DNA from: Stegostoma tigrinum | Lineage: Eukaryota | Direction: 5' to 3' | Assembly (NCBI RefSeq): GCF_030684315.1 | Contig: NC_081387.1 | Span: forward strand, 11,056,822-11,120,821 | Length of the DNA stretch: 64,000 nucleotides | Part shown: one piece after another, positions 12,481-25,047 of the stretch | Position numbering within the stretch: position 1 is the first letter of the stretch | Layout of the letters: each line of letters begins with the position of its first letter | Made by a program: the position numbers and the translations under genes | The notes under the pieces: generated by a model | What the model saw: only the letters and a program-made list of their open reading frames with translations | The model's database searches: none | What the model was told of the DNA's origin: nothing

Positions 12481-13224
12481 TTTATCTTTCTAACTGTTAA
12501 CTGCTTAAGTCATCCTGCTGCCAATCTTTTCAATGTAATGAACTCCAAGTTTGAACTGAATGTACTGCTGCTGTCTCTTCCCAGTCCTTCAGTACTAATG
12601 CTTGTCTCAGATTGTGCACTGTGCATTGAACTGATACTATCATCTCAGACTTTAAGTTGTGTTTTGCATTGCTGATGTTGTCTTCACATATGAGTTGGGT
12701 GCTGCACTGATGCTGTAGCTCTCATTCGGACAGTTATGTCCTTTTACTGTTGCTGTCCCTTCTATTCAGTTTCCTATACTGCTATCAGCCCTCCCAGTCT
12801 CTGAACTGTGTCCTGTACTGACACTTCCCTCACTTTTGTAATCTGTGTCCTGTGCTGATATGGTCCTCTCAGACTGTGAGCTGGGTCCTGCATTGATATA
12901 GACCCTAGAGGGGTGAGAGTTGTTGTCCTGTACTAATTCTATTTCTCTCTCTCTCTGTGTACTGCAATTGTACTGTCTAACTCATTTGCTGTAATATGTC
13001 CAGTACTCATACTGTCCCCTCAGGCTGTCAGCTTGTCCTGTGCAGATTCTGTCCCTCTCAGTCTCTGATCTGTCTTCTGTACTGATATTGTCTCATGTCT
13101 CATTTGTCTCAGTGTGAGCTGGTTTCCATATTACCCCTCACAGACTATGAGCAGTGTCCTGAAATGAAACTGTCCCTCTCAGTCTGGGAGCTCTACTCTG
13201 CACTGATGCTTCTTTATTCATTCA

Positions 13225-13550
13225 CAGGATGACAACAGCGCTGGCTAGGAACCACTTATTGTCCATCCCTAATTGCCCAGAGGCCAATTAAGAGTCAGCC
13301 ACATTGCTATGGGTCTGGAGCCACATGTGGGCCAGACTGACAGTTTCCTTCCCTAAAGGTCATTAGTGAACCAGATGGGTTTTTCCAACAATCGATTCAT
13401 GGTCATCATTTGGGTCTTAATTCCAGATATTTGTTGAATTCAAATTCTGCCATCTGTGTGGTGAGATTCAAGCCCGAGTCCCCAGAATGTTAGCTGGGTC
13501 TCTGGATTAGCATTCCAATGATAATACCACTAGGCCATTGCATCCCCTTA
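13225..13550 (+). mobile_element. SINE/short interspersed repeat (related copies at ~33150-33505 +, ~36360-36700 -, ~48230-48540 +)
   Basis: Multi-copy in window: GCATTTATTGCCCATCCCTAATT...TTTCCTTCCCTAAAGGACATTAGTGAACCAGATGG. Confidence 0.7.
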
Positions 13551-13689
13551 GATACTGCTCCACTCAGTCAGTAATTGAGTCCTGTACTGAAACTGACACT
13601 TAGTTGGTGAGCTGGGATCAGTGCTAATTCTGTCCCTCTCATTCAGTGAGCTTGGACCAGTATTGATACTATCACTCTCTGTTTGTGAG

Positions 13690-14010
13690 ATCATAGATCA
13701 TACAATCCCTACAGTGTGGAAACAGGCCCTTCAGCCCAACAAGACCACACCAAACCTCAAAGCATCCCATCCAGACTCACCCTCCTATAGCCCACATAAT
13801 CTACACATCCCTGAACGCTACAGGCCAATTTAGCACAGCCAATCCACCTAGCATGCATATTTTTGGACTGTTGGAGGAAACCAGAGCACCAGAGGAAACC
13901 CAGGCAGACATGAGGAGAATGTGCAAACTACACAAAGAGGACAGAATTGAACCTGGGTTCCTGGCACTGTGAGGCAGCAGTGCTAACTACTGAGCCACAG
14001 GGCCACCCCA
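13690..14010 (-). mobile_element. tRNA-derived SINE (HE1-like)
   Basis: Reverse complement of the SINE at 4531. Confidence 0.85.
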
Positions 14011-15059
14011 AATGGGTGTCCTGTGCTGACGTTGTCCTCTCAGTATGTGATCTGTGTCCTGGACTGATATTGTGCCTCTCTGTCTGAGCGCTGTGTCCTG
14101 TACCGATAGTGTAGCTCTCATATGGTCATCTGGGGTAAGTACTGACTCAATCCCTCTCAGTCATTGAGCTTGGGCCTGTCCTGATACTTCAGTCTGAGGG
14201 CTGTGTCCCGTATTGATTGTATCTCATTTCAGTTTGTGAGCTGAGATCTGCAGTGATATTGCCCCCGCAGTTTGTGAGATGTGTTATCTATTAATTCTTT
14301 TGCACTCTGTGTCTTATATTGATACTGTCACTCTCAGTCAATGAGATTTGTCCTGATCTGACATAATTCCTCACTTTTAGTGGCCTGGGCCCTGTTCTGA
14401 TACGGGTCCTCTCAAAGTGTAGATGTGCTCTGTCCTAATTTTATCATTCTCAGTCAGTGAGTTATGTCTTGGACCTGTACTATACTACTCACTTGACGTG
14501 ATGTGTCTTGTACCCATATTGTCCCGTCAGACTGTGAGCATTGTCCTGAATAGTTTCTGTCCTTCAATCCTGTCTGGTATTAATACTGTCCCACTCAGTC
14601 TATAAGGTATGTCCTGTACTGGCACACTCACTGTCAACAGTGTCCTGTGCTGATACTATCCTTCTCCAACTCTGCTCTGTGTACTGTACTATTAGTGTCT
14701 CAATCCAGTCTATTGCCCCTATTGAGCCAAGTCCTGTATTGAATCTGTCGTATTCTGTCCATGTCCTGTCTTGGCACTGTCCGTCTCAGTCTGGAAGCTG
14801 TGTCCTTACTGAAAATACCCTTCCCAGTTTGTGAAAGTTATTGATGAACGTATCCCTCTCTGTCCATATCCTATATTGATACAGAGTCAATTCAATCTGT
14901 GAGTTGGGCCTGACAGTCCCAAGCATTCTGTGATTTGTGTCCACTATTGATTCTAGCCCTCGACTTCCATGTGCCATATTAATACTGCTCTGCTCTATCT
15001 GTAAATTATACTGACACTCCACCTTAGTCAGTGAGCTGTGTCCTATATCAATATCGCAC

Positions 15060-15895
15060 CTCTCAGTCTGTGAGCAACATTCTACACTGGCAGTATTCCT
15101 CTCAGTCTGTGAGCAACGTTCCACACTGGCAGTACTCCTCTCAGTCTGTGAGCAACATTCTACACTGGCAGTATTCCTCTCAGGCTGTGAGCAACATTCT
15201 ACACTGGCAGTATTCCTCTCAGTCTGTGAGCAACGTTCCACACTGGCAGTATTCCTCTCAGTCTGTGAGCAACATTCTACACTGGCAGTATTCCTCTCAG
15301 GCTGTGAGCACATTTCTACACTGGCAGTATTCCTCTCAGTCTGTGAGCACATTTCTACACTGGCAGTATTCCTCTCAGGCTGTGAGCAACATTCTACACT
15401 GGCAGTATTCCTCTCAGTCTGTGAGCAACATTCTACACTGGCAGTATTCCTCTCAGTCTGTGAGCACATTTCTACACTGGCAGTATTCCTCTCAGGCTGT
15501 GAGCAACATTCTACACTGGCAGTATTCCTCTCAGGCTGTGAGCAACATTCTACACTGGCAGTATTCCTCTCAGGCTGTGAGCAACATTCTACACTGGCAG
15601 TATTCCTCTCAGGCTGTGAGCAACATTCTACACTGGCAGTATTCCTCTCTGGCTGTGAGCAACATTCTACACTGGCAGTATTTCTCTCAGGCTGTGAGCA
15701 ACATTCTACACTGACAGTATTCCTCTCAGGCTGTGAGCAACATTCTACACTGGCAGTATTCCTCTCAGTCTGTGAGCACATTTCTACACTGGCAGTATTC
15801 CTCTCAGGCTGTGAGCAACTTTCTACACTGGCAGTATTCCTCTCAGGCTGTGAGCAACATTCTACACTGGCAGTATTCCTCTCAGGCTGTGAGCT
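15060..15895. repeat. Homogeneous 39-bp minisatellite (~21 copies)
   Basis: Unit CTCTCAG(G/T)CTGTGAGCAACATTCTACACTGGCAGTATTC; gives the 13-aa periodicity in the ORF track. Confidence 0.97.
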
Positions 15896-17969
15896 GTCTC
15901 TTGTGCTGACACTATCCCTCTCATTCTATGAGCTGTTTCCTGTATTGACACTGTTGCTCTCAGTCTGTGAGCTATCTCTTTTATTGGTGCTGTCACTCTC
16001 TATCTGTATGCCATTTCCTGAAATGATGCTGTCTCTCAGTCAGTGAGCTGTGTCCTGCACTGATACTAACCCCTTAGTCTGTAAGAACTGTTCTATACCT
16101 AATACTGTCATTTTTAGTCTGTGAGTATGACATGTTCTGATACTGTCCCTCTTTGTCTTTCAGCGGCTTCCTGTACTAACACCATTACAATGATACTTGA
16201 GCTCTCCGCTGTATGGCTGCTGTGTCTTCCCAAACCTTAGTGTTAATACTTGTTTTGGGCTGTGCAGTGTGCATTAAACTCTGAGCTGCGTCTTGCTCTG
16301 ATCATGACATCTCCACATACAGGCTGTGCCCTACACTGACAATGTCACTCTCAGACTGGGAGCTATATAAGGTCCTGATTTTGTCCATCAAAGCCTAAGT
16401 CCTGTGCTGGTATTGTCCTGTAAGTCTGTAATCTGTGCCCTGGCCTGATACTGTACTTTTTGTTCTGTGAATTGTGCCCTGTACGGATTCCAGCCTTCTC
16501 ATTCAGTGAGTTGTGTCCTATATTGTTACTGTCATTCTCAGTCTCTGAACTGTGTTTTGGACCGACACTGTTCCTCTCAGTCATTGAGACGTGACCCATG
16601 CTTTTATTGCCCTTTCAATCTGTAGGCTGGCTCCCGTAGTGATCTTGTCTCCAGCAGGCTGTGAGCAGTATACAGTATTGATTCTGTCCCTCTCTGTTCC
16701 TGTTCTACGTTGAAACTATCCCATTCAGTCTGTAAGCTTTTCATTGTCCTGAAACTGACCCAGTCAGTCTGTAGCCTACAGTCTCTTCTTGTCTGTGTCC
16801 TTGACCTCATTCCAAAACTGCCCATCTCACAACTTGGGCTATGGCCCATGCTAATACTGGCCCTCTCATTCACTGAACTGTGTACTGTATTAATCCTGTC
16901 TCATCTCAGTTCTTGACTTGTGTCCTGGACTCATACTGTTGTTCTCATTTGCAGTAACGTGCCTTATACTCATATTGTCACCTCAGGCTGTGAGCTGTGT
17001 TCAATGTTGAAGCTGTCACCATCTCCAAGCTGTGTCTTGCATTGATGTTGTCTCTCCTTGTCTTTGATTTGTGTACTAAACTCATGTTGCCTCATTCCTA
17101 ACTATTGCCTCTAACAATCTGTGAGCTGTATCCTGCATTGAATCTGTCCCTTTCTGTCCACATCCTGTAATAAAACTGTCCCACTCAGTCTGTAAGCTGG
17201 AACATGTTCTGCATGGCTGCTGTCTGTTCCCAAACCTTAGTCTGTCAGTTGTGTTCTGTAAATCTAGATTCAGATTTAGGTTTTATGGTCAGGTGTCCTC
17301 AGGTGCAGGGTACAAGAGAACATTGAAAAGTTTACACTGTCACCACGCGCAGACCCATTTTAGGTGCAAGGAACCGAGACACAAATTCTTATTTAGAGAA
17401 GTAGAAAAATAAAGAAACAAGTTAAAAAGTAGTGACGGGCTCCCTCTCAGTATCTCCCGACTGTTGAGCTGCCCCTCTGCTCATATTAATTCTCAAAGTG
17501 GGATTCCATTGTGATACTGCCCAGAGGATTCTGCGAACGGTGCCTAGTGTTGATTCTGTCCCTCTTTGTTTGTAGCTTGTATTGATACTGTTCCTCTGAG
17601 TCCGTGAGACATGTCCCGCACTGCCAATGACCCAAGAGTTTTTTGACCTGGTACTGTACTTATACTGTCCATCTCAATCTCACGGATATGTCCCAAACTC
17701 AAACTGTCCTTATGAAGCTATGAGCTGTGTCATGCATTGGTACGGTCTTCTTCAGCCTGCTAGCTGTGTCCTGTACTGATGTGACCCTCTCAGATGATGG
17801 GCTGAGATCTGGACTGATTCTGTCCCTCTATATTTATAATCTGTGCGCTGCAATGAGATTGACCTTCTCAGGTGGTGAGTTAGGATCTGTACTCATCCTG
17901 TCCCTCTCAGCCTATGCCTGCTATCCTGTATCAGTTCTTTCCCTTTCAATCTGAGCTATGTTCTATACC

Positions 17970-20240
17970 GTAGAACAGTACAGGCCCTTTGGCCCACGGT
18001 GTTGTGCTGAATTTTTACACTAATCCTCAGGCCTGTCTAATCTCCACCTCTATCTTATACTATCATCCATATGTCTATCTAACAGCCGCTTAAATGCCCC
18101 AAATGAGACCGACTCCACTACCCTCTCCAGCAATGCCTTCCATGCCCCGATCACTCTCGAAGTAAAGAACCTACCTCTGACGACTCCCCTATATCTACCT
18201 CCACTCACTCTGCCCCCTCGTAAAAGCTACATCCACCCTAAGAAAATGTTTCTGGCTACCTCTGATCATTTTGGACACCTCTATCAAGTCACCTCTCATC
18301 CTTCCTCTTTCTAAAGAGAAAATCCCTAGTTCTCTCAAACTTTCCTCGTGAGACCTTCCCTCCATTGTAGGCAACATCCTGGTAAATCTCCTCTGCACCT
18401 TTTCCAATGCTTCCACATGTTTCCAGTAATGAGGTGACCAGAACTGGACACAATACAGTACTGTCACAATGGCGGAGTGGACTTGATGGGCCGAATGGCC
18501 TTACTTCCACTCCTACGTCTTATGGTCTTAATATTCCAGATGTGGCCGAACCAGGGTTTTGTATAGCTGGAGCATAACTTCCCAACCTTGAACTCAATCC
18601 CTCTATTACTGAAAGCTAACACAGCATACACCTTCTTAACAACTCTATCCACCTCGGTGGAAGCTTTCAGGGAACTGTGGACATGAATCCCAAGATCCCT
18701 CTGCTCCTCCACACTGCCAAGAATCTTTCCGTTAACCCTGTATTCTGCTTTCAATTTTGTCCTTCCAAAATGAATCACGTCACATTTGTCAGCGTTAAAA
18801 TCCATCTGCCACTTCTCAGCCCAGCTCTGCATCCTATCGATGTCCATTTGTAGCCTAGAACAGCCCTCTGCACGATCCACAGCTCGACGCACCTTTGTAT
18901 CATCTGCGAACTCACTAATCCACTCTTCCACTCCTACATCCAAATCACTTACAAAAATCACAAATAGAAGAGGACCCAGAACAGATCCTTGTGGTACACC
19001 ACTCGTAACTGAGCACCGTACTGAATATTTTCCGTCCACTACCACCCTTTCTCTTCTAAGGGTCAGCTAATTCTGAATCCAATCTGCCACATTTCCCCCT
19101 ATCCCATGCCTCCTTATCCTCTGCATGAGCCTACCATGGGGAACCTTATCAAATGCCTCACTTAAGTCATGTATACCGCATCCACTGCTCTACCTTCATC
19201 CACGTGTTTGGTCACCTCTTCGAAGAATTCAATAAGGTTTACGAGGCATGATCTACCCCTCACAAATCCATGCTGACTATCACGAATCAAACTGTGCCTT
19301 TTCAAGTGATCACAAATCCTATCTCTCAGAGCCAGTTCCAATAATTTGCCCACCACTGATGTGAAACAAACTGGCCTGTAATTCCTGGGGTTAACCCTAT
19401 TCCCTTTTTGAACAAGGGAATGATGTTTGCCTCTCTCCAACCTTCTAGTAGTATACCCATGGACAGTGAGGATGAACAGATCACCAAAGGCCCTGCAATG
19501 TTTTCCCTCACTTCCCACAGAATCGTTGGATAAATCCCATCAGGCTTGGGGGACTTATCTATCTTCAAGTCTCTCAAAATTCCTAGTGCATCTTCCTTAC
19601 TAACATTGACCTCATCAAGCCTATCAACCTGTTTCACACTGTTCTTCTATACAACTAGGTCCCTCTCAGTTGTGAATATTGAAGAAAAGTACTCATTAAG
19701 GACCTGTCCTATCTCTTTAGGCTCAGTGCACAAATTCCCTTTACAATCCTAGATTGGCCCTACCCTTTCTCCGGTCATTCTCTTATTCCTCACGTACATG
19801 TAAGAAGCTTTGGAGTTTTCCTTGGTCCTATCTGCCAAGGTTTTCTCATGCCCCCTTACAGCTCTCCTAAGCCCTTTCTTCAGTTCCTTCCTGGATAACC
19901 TATATCCCTCTAGAGCCTTTTCCATTCCTTGTTTCCTAAACCTTACATAAGCCTCCTTCTTCCTCTTAACCAGTCTTTTGACCTCTCTTGAGAACCAAGG
20001 CTCCCTCACTCGACCACATCTTCCCTGCCTGCTAGGGACAAACATATCGAGTACACGCAGTATGCACTCCTTAAACAATCTCCACGTTTCAATAGTGCTC
20101 TTCCCTGACAGCATCTGTTCCCAATTTATGTTGCCCAGTTCTTGCCTAACAGAATTGTAATTATCCTCCCCCCAATTATAAACCTTGCCCTGATGTATGT
20201 ACCTTTTCTTTTCCATGACTATTGTAAAAGTAACAGAGTT
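17970..20240 (-). mobile_element. CR1 LINE ORF2 (degenerate); continues at ~22095-22255 beyond a nested Penelope
   Basis: GVPQGSVLGP, FADDTKV and DSQHGFVRGRSCL fragments. The endonuclease-region piece LEVPRFRCFKRNRE lies on the far side of the Penelope insert. Confidence 0.9.
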
Positions 20241-20269
20241 AAGATTTTTTTCTGAAGAAGGTCTAGGCA

Positions 20270-22085
20270 TGAAACAGTGACAATGGGAACTGCAGATGCT
20301 GGAGAATCCAGGATAATAAAATGTGAGGCTGGATGAACACAGCAGGCCCAGCAGCATCTCAGGAGCACAAAAGCTGACGTTTCAGGCCTAGACCCTTCAT
20401 CAGAGAGGGGGATGAGGAGAGGGTTCTGGAATAAATAGGGAGAGAGGGGGAGGCAGACCAAAGATGGAGAGAAAAGAAGATAGGTGGAGAGGAGAGTATA
20501 GGTGGGGAGGTAGTGAGGGGATAGGTCAGTCCAGGGAAGACGGACAGGTCAAGGAGGTGGGAGGAGGTTAGTAGGTAGGAAATGGAGGTAGGGCTTGAGG
20601 TGGGAGGAGGGGATGGGTGAGAGGAAGAACAGGTTAGGGAAGCGGAGCCGTGCTGGGCTGGTTTTGGGATGCAGTTGCGGGGAGGGGAAGAGCTGGGCTG
20701 GTTTTGTGATGCATTGGGGGGAGGGGTCGAACTGGGCTGGTTTTGGGATGCTGTGGAGGAAGGGGAGATTTTGAAGCTTGTGAAGTCCACGTTGATACCA
20801 TTGCGCTGCAGGGTTCCCAAGCAGAATATGAGTTACTGTTCCTGCAACCTTCGGGTGGCATCATTGTGGCACTGCAGGAGGCCCAAGATGGACATGTCAT
20901 CTGAGGAATGGGAGGGGGAGTTAAAATGGTTTGCGACTGGGAGGTGCAGTTGTTTATTGCGAACCGAGCGGAGGTGTTCTGCAAAGCAGTCCCCAAGTCT
21001 CCGCTTGGTTTCCCCAATGTAGAGGAAGCCACACACAGTATACTACATTGGCAGATGTGCAGGTGAACATCTGCTTAATATGGAAGGTCATCTTGGGGCC
21101 TGGGATGGGGGTGAGGGAGGAGGTGTGGGGGCAAGTGTAGCGCTTCCTGCAGTTGCAGGAGAAGGTGCCGGGTGTGGTGGGCTTGGAGGGGAGTGTGGAG
21201 CGGAAAAGGGAGTCACGGAAAGAGTGGTCCCTCTGGAAAGCAAACAAGGGTGGGGATGGAAAAATAGGGTCGGATTGTAGATGGCGGAAGTGTCGGAGGA
21301 TGATGCGTTTTATCCGGAGGTTGGTGGGGTGGTATGTGAGAACGAGGGGGATCCTCTGGGGGCAGTTGTGGCGGGGGCGGGGTGTGAGCGATGTGTTGCG
21401 GGAAATGCGAGAGATGCACTCAAGAGCGTTCTCGACCACTGCAGGGGGAAAGTTGTGTTCCTTGAAGAACGTGGACATCTGGGATGTGTGGGAGTGAAAG
21501 CCCCATCCTGGGAGCAGATACGGCGGAGGTGGAGGAATTGGGAATAGGGGATGCAATTTTTCCAGGAGGGTGGGTGGGAGGAGGTGTATTCTAGGTAGCT
21601 GTGGGAGTCAGTGGGCTTGAAATGGACATCAGTTTCTAGCTGGTTACCTGAGATGGAGACTGAGAGGTCCAGGAAGGTGAGGGATATGCTGGAGATGGCC
21701 CAGGTGAACTTGAGGTTGGGGTGGAAGGTGTTGGTGAAGTGGATGAACTGTTCGAGCTCCTCTGAGGAGCAAGAGGTGGCGCCGATACAGTCATCAATGG
21801 AACAGAGGAAGAGGTGGGGTTTGGGGCCTGTGTAGGTGCGGAAGAGGGACTGTTCCACATAACCTACAAAGAGGCAGGCATAGCTTGCGCCCGTGCAGGT
21901 ACCCATGGCCACCACCTTTGTCTGTAGGAAGTGGGAGGAGTCGAAAGAGGAGTTGTTGAGGGTGAGGACGAGTTCGGCTTGGCGGATGAGGGTGTCGGTG
22001 GAGGGGGACTGGTCTGGCATGCGGGACAATGTCAGCTTTCCTGCTCCTCTGATGCTGCTTGGCCTGCTGTATTCATCCAGCTCTC
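20270..22085 (-). mobile_element. Penelope-like retroelement (RT + GIY-YIG endonuclease) with inverted terminal piece at 22030-22085
   Basis: RT: FLQTKVVAMGT..YACLFVG..IDDCIG, FLDLSV, HFKPTDSHSYL. GIY-YIG: CGFLYIGETKRRLGDCFAEHL...PVANHFN. Confidence 0.92.
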
Positions 22086-22259
22086 CACCAGACTATGTAG
22101 ACAGATCATTCTTGAACTGCCTTTCAGTCGCTGCTCTACTAGCCCTGACTGGCAATGCCATTCCCCCGCTTCTTTTTCCACCTCCCTATTTCTTTTAAAG
22201 CATCTAAATCTCGGAACTTCCAACAACCATTCCTATCCCTGAGTTACCCAAGTTTCTGT

Positions 22260-23720
22260 AATGGACCACAGCTGTCGCTCTCGGTCTGTGAGCTCTATTC
22301 TGAACTGACACTGTCTGTTTCAGCCTTTGAGCTGTGTCCAGTTACTGAGACTGTCCCTCTAACTCTGTGAGCTGTGACCTGCACTGACACTGTCCCTCCC
22401 CACTCCAGTGCGCGAGCTATATCCTATATATATATTGCGCCTCTCAATCTGTGAGCCATGTCTTATACTAACACTGACCTCTCAGTCTCTCGTGACCTGT
22501 ATTGACACTGACCTCGCAGTCTGTGAGCTGTGTCCTGTATTGACACTGTCACTCTTGGTCGGTGAACTGTGTTCTGTAATCACATGCTGCCAATCAGTGA
22601 GCTCTCCCTCTCCACATATTAATTCTGAATGCTTCTTCAGATATCTTTTCTTGAATGTCTGTGCAGCAGAGCTGAAATCTGATTCTTTCCTCAAACACCC
22701 TGTAAGTTGATTAGGCTTGCAAAATGCAGTTGATGCCAAACTTAGTTAGCAAGCCAAGCCTCCAACAGAATACAGACAAATGGCATTCTCGATCATTCTT
22801 TTCTTCCTGTTTTACTTGTTGGACCTGTTTTTGCCACCACACCCCTTGTGGGTTCAACAGAAAAAACCTATTGTGATGAACACATTCCTCATCTTGTGTT
22901 GCTGGGGTGTCAACCATCTCATTGGATTGTGTATGCAATACTACCTTTGGCATTCTGCATATATTGTGTTTCAGTGAGCCACATTATTGATACTGTCTCT
23001 CTCAGTCTGAAATATGCCCTATACTGATGCTGTCCCCCTCAAACTGTGATAACAAAGTGTGTAGCTGGATGAACACAGCAGGCCACGCAGCATCTCAGGA
23101 GCACAAAAGCTGACGTTTCAGGCCTAGGCCCTCAAACTGTGAGTTGTGTCCTGAACTAATATTGACCCTGATACCCAGTGAGCCATGTCCTCCAATGTCC
23201 TATCTTGTACTCATACTGCTGTTTCAGTCTGTGAGGTGTGTCCTATACTGACACAGTCATTGTCAAGCCGAGAGCTTTATCCTGTACAGCTATTGCCCTA
23301 CTTGTCTGTCATCTGTGCCTTGTACTGGTACTGGCTCTCTCAGATGTGAGCTGGGACCTGCACTGATTCTGTCCTTCTCAGTTAGGGAGATGTGCCCAGT
23401 ACCAACACTGTACCTGTCAGTCTGCAAGATGGATCTTGTGCTGATACTGTCCGTCTCACTCTCTGCATTACGTCCAATATTCGTACTGACTCTCCGAGGC
23501 TATCAGCCATGTCTTGTATTGTTTCTATCCCTCTTGGTACAGGACATGGACTGACAATGTCTTACTCAGTCTGTAAGCTGCATCCTTCACTGATATTGGC
23601 CCCTTCAATCTCTGAGTTGTGTCTGTACCGATACTGTCCCTCTCAGTCTGTAAACTGTGTGTTCCGTAGTAATGTGCTTCTTCTCAGTATCTCCCCATTG
23701 CTGAGATCTGACTCTACGTG
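22260..23720. repeat. Second block of the degenerate 39-bp satellite (gene A intron 1)
   Basis: Same CTGTGAGCTGTGTCCTGTA motif, interrupted by a non-satellite block at 22600-22975. Confidence 0.8.
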
Positions 23721-24479
23721 TTAATTCTCAACAGTCTCTCACAAATTGTACTCTGGATTCTCTGTGAAGCAAAGCTGAAACTTGATTCTAGCATCAGAGA
23801 GTGGTGACTCTTTGTGAATAGCGTGCAAAACAGTACTTTTTGCTATATTTCAGTACATATGACTATAAATCTAATCTAATCAAAATTTATTTTGTTTGTG
23901 AGTTGCAATTGATGCCAAAGTAGGTTGAGAAACCAAGCCTCCAACACAATACTGACAAATGATATTGTCAATCATTCTTTTCTTCCTGCTGTACCTGTTG
24001 GGCATGGTATGTGCCTATGCACTTCTTGTGAGCTTAATATAGAATCTAATGTCGTGAAAAAATTCCTAACCATGTGCTGTAAATATGTCAATCATATCTC
24101 TGGATTGTGTATCCAGTACTACCAGTAGCATGCCTGCACGTTTTGTGTCTCATAGGTAAACTACACTTTTCACAGTCGGAATCTCTGTATCCACAATCAT
24201 TACTCAATCTTTCCTACCTAATATGGAGTACAATGGTTCATGGTCAGTCTCTCTGAGCACTTTAAGCTAAGGAAATTAATAAGACTATGAGGCAGCCTTG
24301 ATCAGTTTATCTCCTGGAAGAATATTTGTTCTTCTCCCCAGCCAGTCCCTTCTAACATCAGTGTTTTGGATGGAACTTAATTCTGTCAGCGTTAACAATT
24401 TCAGAAACAAACACCCTTTACAAAACGAGTCAAATGTGTGATGGAATACTTCCCACTTGTCTGGAAACCCACCTACCTA

Positions 24480-24710
24480 TAGCCCACCAAATCTGCACTT
24501 CCCAGAACACCTTGGGAAATTTAGCATGGCAAATCCGTCTAATCTGCATATCTTCGGACTGTGGGAGGAAACCAGACCACTGGGAGGAAACCCACGCAGA
24601 CACAGGGAGAACGTGCAAACTCCACACGGACAGTAACCTGAGGGTGGAATCAGACCCGGCCCCTGGTGCAGTGAGGCAGAAGTGCTAACCACTGAGCCAC
24701 CGTGCTACCC
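24480..24710 (-). mobile_element. tRNA-derived SINE (HE1-like)
   Basis: GCACGGTGGCTCAGTGGTTAGCAC head on the minus strand. Confidence 0.85.
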
Positions 24711-24727
24711 CAAAGTAGCAATTGCAG

Positions 24728-24801
24728 CATCCCCAGCTGGGCTCGAACCACCATCCTTTCAGTTAATAGCAGAACCCGCTAACCACTTGCGCCACAGAGA
24801 T
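24728..24801 (-). pseudogene. tRNA-Asn pseudogene (anticodon GTT mutated to ATT)
   Basis: 74 nt ATCTCTGTGGCGCAAGTGGTTAGCGGGTTCTGCTATTAACTGAAAGGATGGTGGTTCGAGCCCAGCTGGGGATG aligns end to end with vertebrate tRNA-Asn(GTT). Has stem mismatches and no oligo-T terminator. Confidence 0.85.
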
Positions 24802-25047
24802 GGACATCTCATGTGCTTATTATTATGCAACAGATAGATTTGGAAATTTTGTGCTGAGTTCTAATGTATGACTATTGGAAGAAGTATTCAGAAGCATAGA
24901 AAAATGTTGTGTGAGTCAGAAACCAATCATAATTAAACAATATCTGAGTTAATCAATGACTCTTCGACAGTTAGACTAATTGGAGATAACTAAATATGAA
25001 TCAATTAGGTAAAATAAGCCTTTCAAAGATATTTTATTAACCCATTT

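Larger units (their letters stand above)
12560..17960. repeat. Degenerate ~39-bp satellite array in intron 1 of gene A (consensus ~TCTCAGTCTGTGAGCTGTGTCCTGTACTGATACTGTCCC)
   Basis: Recurring CTGTGAGCTG/CTGTACTGA motifs at about 39-bp spacing, interrupted by SINEs. Confidence 0.85.

Noticed and set aside
14786-15781. 331-aa and 227-aa Cys/Ser-rich repeat ORFs
   Set aside because: They are translations of a stop-free 39-bp minisatellite, open on both strands and intronic.
15060-15895. CRISPR-like array
   Set aside because: Head-to-tail units with no unique spacers, no cas genes, and a vertebrate context.
12560-17960. CACAG motifs in the satellite as V(D)J recombination signals
   Set aside because: No consistent CACAGTG heptamer with a nonamer at 12/23 spacing, and no V, D or J segments.
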